NCBI RefSeq assembly: GCF_035084215.1
Contig: NC_090327.1
Location: 121,768,001 to 121,832,000 of the forward strand
Length of the DNA: 64,000 bases
Reading direction: 5' to 3'
From: Heptranchias perlo
Taxonomy: Eukaryota
Position numbers and translations under genes: made by a program. The notes under the pieces were generated by a model. It saw only the letters and a list, made by a program, of their open reading frames with translations, had not been told where the DNA came from and did not search any database. Below are positions 25,630 to 34,499 of this stretch, in pieces (the stretch's first letter is position 1; the number at the start of each line of letters is the position of its first letter).

Positions 25630-25707
25630 GTAAGTGTTTCTACAAGAATATCACAGACTCAGGGCACGGGTTGCGGCGCGGTTTTTGTAAAGCGTTGTGC
25701 CACTGTG

Positions 25708-25753
25708 GTTGCTGAAAAAGTCTTTGGTACCGGGACCAAACTAATTGTTTCAG
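25708..25753 (+). CDS. TRGJ: Intact TRGJ segment (VAEKVFGTGTKLIVS)
   Basis: Consensus 12-RSS GGTTTTTGT (25680-25688) + 12 nt + CACTGTG (25701-25707); FGTG; G|GTGAGT donor. Confidence 0.95.
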
Positions 25754-25821
25754 GTGAGTTTATATTCCATTTAATGTAACGCTCCGGGGTCGGAGTTTGT
25801 GACGCGGTAACGATTAAGGAC

Positions 25822-25915
25822 AAATATTGTAACAGATTATAAGACAGCGAGATTCCTATAGAGTTCATGACAAGAAGGCCTTCGGGACTATTTGGGTCGG
25901 TTCGTGGTGTTCATG
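25822..25915 (+). pseudogene. Possible highly degenerate J relic (KKAFGT...RFVV)
   Basis: AAATATTGT + 12 nt + GACAGCG followed by aagaaggccttcggg; no donor. Confidence 0.35.
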
Positions 25916-26231
25916 ACTACAGCTTTGTAACGGGCGGAGAGGTGTTGAGTGGATGATTTCCGCCACTTCACCGCTTTAATAAGACGGGACGCCGGCAGTG
26001 TTAAAACAGATCGGGTAAAAATCATTTTCCAACACCGTAGGGGGGGGGGGGGTATAGTGGGACATTGTGGCCACAATTTATTGGCACCTGGTTGTTAACA
26101 GTTGTTTATGTGTGAGGGTCATGCCGGGGTCTGGGGGGAACGATAGCCTGCGAAAGGTGTACACACATGCCGAGCTAATCTGGTTCTGGCACTCAACTCG
26201 TTATTACAAAACATCCACATTATTTCTGTAA

Positions 26232-26240
26232 TTCTGGGAA
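26232..26240. promoter_or_regulatory. STAT5-type GAS motif upstream of the third intact J
   Basis: TTCTGGGAA with an adjacent half site (ttctgtaa), about 165 bp 5' of the J at 26404. Confidence 0.45.
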
Positions 26241-26403
26241 ATCTGTAGTGTTTATTGTGGGAAAAACGTCCAAAAGTCAATTGGATAGTGCAGTAATAGT
26301 TCATAGAGGCGGTAATAGTTCATACAGTCAGTAATAGTTCATAAAGGCAGTATTATACACCGCTGTCTCCCAATGAGATATTGAACAGCCCTCTATCACT
26401 GTG

Positions 26404-26450
26404 GGTAGGAGTTAAGCAGTTCGGCACTGGGACCAAACTCATTGTAACAG
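26404..26450 (+). CDS. TRGJ: Intact TRGJ segment (VGVKQFGTGTKLIVT)
   Basis: CACTGTG heptamer 26397-26403, 12-nt spacer, weak nonamer AGATATTGA; FGTG; G|GTAAGT donor. Confidence 0.88.
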
Positions 26451-26513
26451 GTAAGTCTGATATCATTGCCCATGCCGCGTGTCTCCGAGCGGCCGTGTGC
26501 TCGGCGGGTTTTG

Positions 26514-26558
26514 CACAGTGAACAGCTTTCGACGCTGGCATTAAGCTGGTGGTCGCCG
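26514..26558 (+). pseudogene. TRGJ: TRGJ ORF/pseudogene (TAFDAGIKLVVA)
   Basis: CACAGTG at 26514-26520 but no nonamer; FDAG; phase-1 GTGAAT donor. Confidence 0.65.
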
Positions 26559-26751
26559 GTGAATCTTCAGATCCACCACCACAACACATGGGGAGAGGAG
26601 ATGGGGTGTTGGGTTCACACCCTGCTTCTGTGTAGCGTTAAAAGCAGCAATTAACATAGCCCTGGTGTGGATTAGTTGCTTTAATTCATTGGGAATGGCA
26701 AGTACAGAAACCAGGAAGTTTAAATGTAACATGAAGATTAATAAGGAAACA

Positions 26752-26826
26752 GGTTAGGGTTAGGCTTTCACTCAATGCTTTCACACAGATAGATTTTCGG
26801 CTGTGAGACAAGACTTACAGTCAGCA
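26752..26826 (+). pseudogene. TRGJ: TRGJ pseudogene (*IFGCETRLTVS)
   Basis: GGTTAGGGT + 12 nt + degenerate heptamer; FGCE; in-frame TAG just upstream; A|GTAAGT donor. Confidence 0.65.
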
Positions 26827-27334
26827 GTAAGTTTTAAAGGAGTAAGTGGGTAGCCCATGAATTAGTGGTGTTAAATGCTTTATACATCCTCGCCATCTCA
26901 AGTGAAAATACCGAGAGCCTTATATATTCTGGCACAGCATTGAATACAAGAGCTAAGAATTTGTCTAAATCCGTAGTTTAGTGACCAGTCATTACTTCTA
27001 GTCACTTATTGTAAAACACCGAGGTAGTAGATGTTGTGAAAATAGTCAGAGTGCGACTAAACGGGTAGCTCAGTATACCTGGGGCCAACTGATCTATTTC
27101 GTGTTAAGTTTCTATTAGGCCAGGTAGATTATTTTTAAAGGGGGCACTTGCAGTTACTAACTGCCACTTTACTGCTTTACTGCTTTAATTAAAATAGGCA
27201 GCTCGCTGGTTTCTGAAAAGTTAACCCCCACCAAAAAAAACTGGCGAATTTCTATTTATCACACTTGCTTTAGAAAGAATATCCCAGCGCTGCAAAATTG
27301 TTAGAGAACTGGCGCAGCACCGTAACAGAGTAGA

Positions 27335-27770
27335 ATCATAGAATCTTACAACACAGGAGGCCATTCGGTCCATCCTGCCTATGGTGGCTCTTTGAAAGTG
27401 CTATCCAATTAGTCCCACTCCCCCACTCTTCCCCACAGCCCTGCAACATTTTCCTTTTCAAGTATTTATCCAATTCTGTTTTGAAAGTTATTATTGAATC
27501 TGCTTCCACCGCCCTTTCAGGCAGTGCATTCCAGATCATAACAACTCACTGTGTAAAAAAATGTCTCTTCATGTGGACCCTGGTTCTTTTGCCAATTACC
27601 TTAATTCTGTATCCTTTGGTTACCAACCCTCCTGCCAGTGGAAACAGTTTCTCCCTCTCTACTCTATCAAAACCCCTCATAATTTTGAACACCTCTATTA
27701 AATCTCCCCTTAAGCTCTAAGGAGAACAATCCCAGCTTCTCTCGTCCCTCCACATAACCGAAGTCGCTCA
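27335..27770 (-). mobile_element. CR1 3' fragment in the J-C intron
   Basis: IWNALPERAVEADSIITFK; (tagaatca)n tail. Confidence 0.8.
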
Positions 27771-28111
27771 GAAATTGTTAACCTGTATTGTAAGCTGATA
27801 GACCTGCCGATTGAGCTCAATTTAATCTAATCACGTTAGCGGCCAAACTGTTCACCCTTCCAGTCAGCGCTCTGCTCGCCCAAAGAACGTGAACCGCTCC
27901 CGTTTCCTTCGAGCTTTGACAACAGCGCATCAGAAATTCGAACAAAACGTCAAATACACCTCTCTGTAAGTAAACACAGTGAGTGAGCGGCCATTTCCCT
28001 GAGACTTTTATCAAATCAGTGGCCAATCGTGCATTGTAAATGCAGATATTAGGATTTATATCTGTCCTAACCGCATAAATCTACAGATATTTATTGTTTT
28101 TTTTTAATCAG

Positions 28112-28432
28112 AGGAAGAGGCCAAAAAACCAAGAATCCGGCTCTTCCCTCCGAATGGTCAGGAACTGAAGGAGACGTCTGAAGCCACAGTAGTTTGTCTG
28201 CTGACTGGATTCTTCCCCGAAGTTATCAAGGTTTACTGGGAAATCGCAGGACATCGTCAAGAGGATGAGAAAGTGGGCACAGACTCCGTGGAGAAAGAGG
28301 AGGGCGAAACATACTCGGTGATCAGCCGCCTGAAGATCTCCAAGCTTCAGTGGGAGGAAGACAAGATCACCTGCGGAGCAGAGCATGAAACCGCTCCAGA
28401 GGCAACAACGATTGACAAGAACTCCAAAACCG
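28112..28432 (+). CDS. TRGC: TCR gamma constant region exon 1 (Ig C1 domain)
   Basis: Phase-1 acceptor ttttaatcag; 321 nt; KPRIRLFPP...ATVVCLLTGFFPEVIKVYW...YSVISRLKI...ITCGAEHE; donor G|GTACC. Confidence 0.95.
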
Positions 28433-28884
28433 GTACCGTCTTTACCGACTCTCGTTGTTTCATCTTAGGCTATTATATATTTCGATCAAAAAATATACAC
28501 GAGGGTTCAGGAAAACCTAATTTTGTATAAATTCCATCTTATTGATCAGCTCTCCCGTAGGTGTCTAATTTTAGAATTCTACCCTTGCAATAATTTAACT
28601 TTGTTCTCTTAAAAAAAGTTAGCTTTATTTTTAAAAGCAGCAATCAGTCTACACCTGCGTTACAGAAGGGGACTATGTAATTATATAGTTATTATTATAA
28701 TAACTATCTGTTATAGAAGGTGTTCAATCAGATTAAGATCCGCTCCGCGCGTCTTACTGCCCCTACTCCTGAGATCCGCATTCTCAGTGCTGCCTCACCC
28801 TTATCTAGGTGCTCGTTAAAAAAAAAGTCAATTGCTGATATCCAGAACGGAATATTGCGATTCTTTCTTCATTTTCTGTTGCAG

Positions 28885-28923
28885 AACCAGCAACACGCTC
28901 TGTATATGAAGCCGGTTAATAAA
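28885..28923 (+). other. Candidate alternative C exon (EPATRSVYEAG*, then AATAAA)
   Basis: Strong acceptor ttctttcttcattttctgttgcag, in frame with exon 1; TAA at 28917-28919 overlaps AATAAA at 28918-28923. Confidence 0.45.
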
Positions 28924-29727
28924 GATTTAACTGGCTTTGTTGTAAAAACAACGTATTTGGGACAGTTTGTGCCATCGGGTGGAAAAACGTTCATTGACGG
29001 AGAAGTTTAATCTCAGGATTTTATGTTGTAAATGTGACTTTTGTTCAAATACCAGAGTTCGACCTGTCCCCGACGTTTCAAATCTTGAGCAACACATTAT
29101 AGTGTGTGTGAACTTGATAAACGTTCAGTAGAACGGAAAATCCTAAACTCTTTAATTTCCACGGGGTTGTCCCGATCATCCGCGTAACTTCGGCGGAAGA
29201 TCCGCTGCAACTCCGGGGGAAGACGGCGTAAACCCCGAACCGTTCCATGCAAAGCCGAAAGCAGGGAGCGAGTTGTAAAATGTGAATATTCATTAGTTCC
29301 TTCCCTCTAAAGAGAAAGAGTCCCTGAATTTCTCTCGGTGAATGGGGTTTGTGCAGGAAACGTATAAAAGCGGCAATGATGAACCAGGGCCATCGGCGTT
29401 TATTTCAACACGACCACTGAATAATTAAAAGTACCCGCTACAGATTGTAATGTAGGTTCAGTACACCGACGGGGACAGGGAACTGAAGCGTTTATTGAGG
29501 GCAGCGGGAATGTGTTACAGCCAAAGGCTCAACTCCAGAAAATTATTCTTTAAACTCCCGTGTCGAGCAATGTGGAACTGGGCTGTGAGATTGCGAACTC
29601 CCTCACACCTCCTTTCTCATTTTGCATTCTTGGTTTGTGTTCTTACTCGCCCTCACGAGCCATCAAATTGCTGAATTTTCGGATTGTTTCTAATTTATGT
29701 TCCTGTCTTTTCTTTGGTCTGCTTTAG

Positions 29728-29802
29728 CTCCGGAAACTGCAGGTCCCACGTGTCCACCCAGCGAGACGGTGTCCTCGGAACTCTCCGAGGAAACGGATGA
29801 AG
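29728..29802 (+). CDS. TRGC: TCR gamma constant exon 2 (connecting peptide, APETAGPTCPPSETVSSELSEETDE)
   Basis: Pyrimidine tract and AG; 75 nt, phase 1-1; single interchain Cys; G|GTAATT donor. Confidence 0.85.
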
Positions 29803-30409
29803 GTAATTCCCCAATAAGAACAAAATATACTGCAGGTACACACAGTCCGGTCCTCCGGCCTGGGGCAGTGTTTCTGGTCCTGGAGGATCCAAACTCGAGC
29901 GCGTGAGTCCCAATCTCCCCCCTCCCCTCCCAACTCCCAACACACTGTGAAACTGAACTCAGTAAATCTGATAATCTGTGTTTGGCACCGGATAAAATGA
30001 CCACGGAAACTGACGAATTGTTATAAAACCCCAACTGATCCAGTAATGTCCTTCAGGAAAGGAAACCTGCCGTCCTTACCCGGTCCGACCTATTCTATAA
30101 TACGTGACTCCTGTCCCACGCTACCTGGTTGACCTATGAAGTGGTCTAAAGAGCCATTCAGTTGTAAAAAAAATGCTTAGAAGCCTTCGCACCATCTCGG
30201 GAGAGCTCGGGATGGGCAATGAATGCAGCGATGGTTCTACGCATTGCATCTGTAAAGAGAAAAGGCAAGTCAATGTTTGAGCTCAGAACTGGGCCAACTC
30301 CCAAACATAAAACGGCCTTTGCTCTTTATAGGTGCGAATGACCTGCTGTGCAATCCAATATTTTATGTTTTATTCCTTTGTATGTGAGCTTGTTTCCCTG
30401 CCTTGAAAT

Positions 30410-31860
30410 GTGTTAAACAGAGAGTTACAGACAATGGGTGTTAAACAGAGAGTTACAGACAGTGGGTGTTAAACAGAGAGTTACAGACGGTGGGTGTTTA
30501 ACAGAGAGTTACAGACGGTGGGTGTTAAACAGAGAGTTACAGACAGTGGGTGTTAAACAGAGAGTTACAGACGGTGGGTGTTAAACAGAGAGTTACAGAC
30601 GGTGGGTGTTTAACAGAGAGTTACAGACGGTGGGTGTTAAACAGAGAGTTACAGACAGTGGGTGTTAAACAGAGAGTTACAGACGGTGGGTGTTAAACAG
30701 AGAGTTACAGACGGTGGGTGTTAAACAGAGAGTTACAGACGGTGGGTGTTAAACAGAGAGTTACAGACGGTGGGTGTTAAACAGAGAGTTACAGACGGTG
30801 GGTGTTAAACAGAGAGTTAGAGACGGTGGGTGTTAAACAGAGAGTTACAGACAGTGGGTGTTAAACAGAGAGTTACAGACAGTGAGTGTTAAACAGAGAG
30901 TTACAGACGGTGGGTGTTAAACAGAGAGTTACAGACAGTGGGTGTTGAACAGAGAGTTACAGACGGTGGATGTTAAACAGAGAGTTACAGACGGTGGGTG
31001 TTAAACAGAGAGTTACAGACGGTGGGTGTTAAACAGAGAGTTACAGACAGTGAGTGTTAAACAGAGAGTTATAGAGTCATAGAGTCATAGAGTTATACAG
31101 CACGGATAGAGGCCCTTCGGCCCATCGTGTCCGCACCGGCCATCAGCCCTGTCTACTCTAATCCCATATTCCAGCATTTGGTCCGTAGCCTTGTATGCTA
31201 TGGCATTTCAAGTGCTCATCCAAATGCTTCTTGAATGTTGTGAGGGTTCCTGCCTCCACAACCCTTTCAGACAGTGAGTTCCAGACTCCAACCACCCTCT
31301 GGGTGAAAAAGTTCTTTCTCAAATCCCCTCTAAACCTCCCGCCTTTTACCTTGAATCTATGTCCCCTTGTTATAGAACCCTCAACGAAGGGAAAAAGCTC
31401 CTTAGTATCCATCCTATCTGTGCCCCTCATAATTATCCATAATCTGTGCCCCTCAAAGTTACAGACGGTGGGTGTTAAACAGAGAGTTACAGACGGTGGG
31501 TGTTAAACAGAGAGTTACAGACAGTGGGTGTTAAACAGAGAGTTACAGACAGTGGGTGTTAAACAGAGAGTTACAGACGGTGGGTGTTAAACAGAGAGTT
31601 ACAGACAGTGAGTGTTAAACAGAGAGTTACAGACGGTGGGTGTTAAACAGAGAGTTACAGACAGTGGGTGTTAAACAGAGAGTTACAGACAGTGGGTGTT
31701 AAACAGAGAGTTACAGACAGTGAGTGTTAAACAGAGAGTTACAGACAGTGGGTGTTAAACAGAGAGTTACAGACAGTGAGTGTTAAACAGAGAGTTACAG
31801 ACGGTGGGTGTTAAACAGAGAGTTACAGACAGTGAGTGTTAAACAGAGAGTTACAGACAC
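30410..31860. repeat. 28-bp minisatellite (gttaaacagagagttacagac(a/g)gtgggt)n in C intron 2, interrupted by CR1
   Basis: Direct tandem repeat on both sides of 31068-31456. Confidence 0.95.
31068..31456 (-). mobile_element. CR1 3' fragment inserted in the minisatellite
   Basis: ORF 31158-31430 (FFTQRVVGVWNSL); (tagagtca)n tail. Confidence 0.85.
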
Positions 31861-32044
31861 TTTGCGAAATCATCGAGGTTTATGCTTTGCACCAGGTTTA
31901 TTTAGCGGTGTCACCATTGCCTGTTATTCGTTACTCTCTCAGACGACCCATTTTCCCACCCAACATATCATCCATTCCTTAGAAGCCGTAACGTGCGTTA
32001 ATGAACTAGAAACTGACGAGTTTTTTTTTCTTAATTTCGCACAG

Positions 32045-32178
32045 GACCGCCTTTGAGTTCGCTGCAGGTGGCGAGTTTTACCTACACACTGCTGTTGATG
32101 AAGAACGTGGTGTATTGCGGTATCATCTCGTTCATCCTTTACAGGGCGGAATACCATCATCCGAAGAAGCCGCTTTAA
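32045..32178 (+). CDS. TRGC: TCR gamma constant exon 3 (TM and cytoplasmic tail)
   Basis: GPPLSSLQVASFTYTLLLMKNVVYCGIISFILYRAEYHHPKKPL*; CART motif YxLLLxKxxxY with TM lysine, typical of TCR beta/gamma. Confidence 0.93.
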
Positions 32179-32623
32179 ACGGTCTCAATATATCCGTGCT
32201 TTAAAATGTTGATGACAGACCTTTATTTGGTGTAAGCTTTTTGCTATGTTTTCCTGTTTATAACAAGAAATTGTACTTTGTGTTGTCGGTTTGTCGACAG
32301 CCTGTAACTGCTGTGTAAACACCTCCGGTGAGGGGTTTATTTCTAGGTTTGTGTGTGAGGATAATGATCAGAGTGACGCTTCAGCCCTTCACTGCGGAAT
32401 ATCTTCAAGTGATTACGTTGTAGTGCAAAATAATTGAAAATAAGAGCAAATTTTAAATCAAATATATGTTATATTTTTGCAGAGGGACCTGTTAGTTGAT
32501 CTTTAAGTGAGTTTGTTACTGTCCATTCCTGCGCTGCCTTTCGTGAATCCTTTGCTACAATTAAATTGCTGACTTTCTCTTTCTCTTGTTATACTCTGTT
32601 TATCGTTCTGTAAATCTGACAAT

Positions 32624-32629
32624 AATAAA
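32624..32629 (+). terminator. Poly(A) signal of TRGC
   Basis: AATAAA about 450 nt after the stop, followed by a T/GT-rich tract. Confidence 0.65.
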
Positions 32630-32854
32630 AAAAAAGAATCTCATTTGATATCTTGTTTTGTGCTTTTCTTCCTGCCGGACAGCGATCGGTGATTTATTTA
32701 TGGATATCCTAAAAACCGCGGCTTAAAAAGTACAATAACAACAGGCTCACATTGGTTTTAAACAGAAGACGGTCCCGAACACCAGCAGTTCACTCCTATA
32801 AGGACTAAACTTAAAACAAGAAAAACTGATGTTCAATCACCACGGAATTCACCC

Positions 32855-33245
32855 GATATGGGTACTTGTCGTGTAGCGGCCATGTTACTAGACAATCCAG
32901 AGACCTGGACTAAGAATCTAGGGAAGGTGAATTCAAATCCGCCTTGAGAATTTGAATTCAGTTTAAAACAAAATCTGGCAATAAAACAATTAAAATGACC
33001 ATGAAGCTGTGGATTGTAATAAAAACCCAACTGGTTCACTAATGTCCTTTAGGAAAGGAACCCTGCCATCCGTATCCAGTCTGAGCTTATATGTGACTCC
33101 AGTCGCACACCAAGGTGGTTAACTCTTAACAGCCCTCTGAAGTGGCCCAGCAAGAAACTCAGTTGTACCAGTGGTTCAAGAAGAAGGCCCACCACCACCT
33201 TCTCAGGGCAACTAGGGGATGGGCAATAAATGTAGGCCCTGTCAG
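32855..33245 (+). mobile_element. SINE-like element sharing its 3' tail with the LINE at 22470
   Basis: ggttcaagaagaaggcccaccaccaccttctcagggcaactag...gggcaataaatg matches the LINE 3' end; partial copy at about 29990-30230. Confidence 0.6.
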
Positions 33246-33408
33246 CGACTGTCGCTCTTTTTATATAGGCCAAAGGGGCAGCCAATTTGTAAGTCTCACA
33301 TAAGCGACCAGATAATCTGTTTATTGACTAATTGGAATATTGACTAGGACACCTAGAGAACTCTCTGCTCTTGGAATAGTGCTATGGGATATTTTATATC
33401 CTACTGAT

Positions 33409-34499
33409 TTTTTTTTCAAAAAATATACTTTATTCATAAAATTTGCAGCAGTACATACAACACAGTTGTCATATCACATTCCAAACGTACACAATACAGA
33501 TTATACAATTTGCAGGTTACATCAAGTACAGTTCAGTGAACACATTGGACATAATTACAGTTCATGACACTCCAGGGTGCCTCATTGCATCACAATCAAT
33601 ACAGGTGATTCATTACAGATACATTACAGATTAATTACAGGTACATTACATTTCATTACATCAATTTGAATTTTACATTCTGCCCGAGGGGGGGTTTTCC
33701 ATGATTTCAGCCCCTCGGTTAACAATGGCGGGAAGGCTCTAAACAGTTGCCTTTCCCCACAGAGCCTTTGCGGCGGCCGCACCCATCCTCAGTGCGTCCC
33801 TAAGCACGTAGTCCTGGACCTTGGAATGTGCCAGTCTGCAACACTCGGTCAAGGACAGCTCCTTGCACTGGAAGACCAGCAAGTTTCGGGCAGACCAAAG
33901 GGCGCCTTTCACCGAGTTGATGGTCTTCCAACGGCAGTTGATGTCCGTCTCAGTGTGTGTCCCTGGGAATAGTCCGTAGAACACAGAGTCCTGTGTTACA
34001 GAACAGCTCGGGACGAACCTGGACAGATACCACTGCATCTCTCTCCAGACCTTCTTTGCAAAGGCACATTCCAGAAGGAGATGGGTGATGGTCTCGTCTC
34101 CACTGCAGCCTCCTCGGGGACAGCGCGCGGTGGCGCTGAGAGTCCGGGAGTGCATGAAGGATCTGACGGGAAGGGCCCTTCTCACCACCAGCCAAGCTAA
34201 GTCTTGGTGCTTGTTTGAAAGCTCTGGTGATGAGATGTTCTGCCAAATGACATTGACAGTCTGCTTGGGGAACCAACCGACAGGATCCACCATCTCCTTT
34301 TCCCGCAGGGTCTCGAGGACGTTACGTGCGGACCACTTGCTGATCACCTTGTGGTCAAAGGTGTTTTTCTGCACAAACTTTTCCACGAAGGACAGGTGGG
34401 GCGGAACAGTCCACTGGACGGAGCATTCCGTGGCAGCGTGGCCAGGCCCATCCTTCTCAACACTGGGGACAGGTAGAACCTCAGCACGTAGTGACGCTT
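33409..34499 (-). mobile_element. 5'-truncated Tx1-clade LINE with 19-bp TSD
   Basis: ORF 33739-34386 (CPRGGCSGDETITHLLLEC); TSD tattttatatcctactgat at 33390-33408 and 34500-34518. Confidence 0.88.

Noticed and set aside
26060-26100. Possible further J relic (cattgtg...ttggcacctggttgttaacag); a similar hint lies at about 27005-27110
   Set aside because: Too degenerate; no nonamer, FGxG or donor together
28108-28386. Antisense ORF over C exon 1 (TARP-like alternative product)
   Set aside because: Non-ATG antisense shadow of the real exon with no supporting signals
30410-31860. CRISPR-like array
   Set aside because: Repeats are contiguous without unique spacers, and the context is vertebrate
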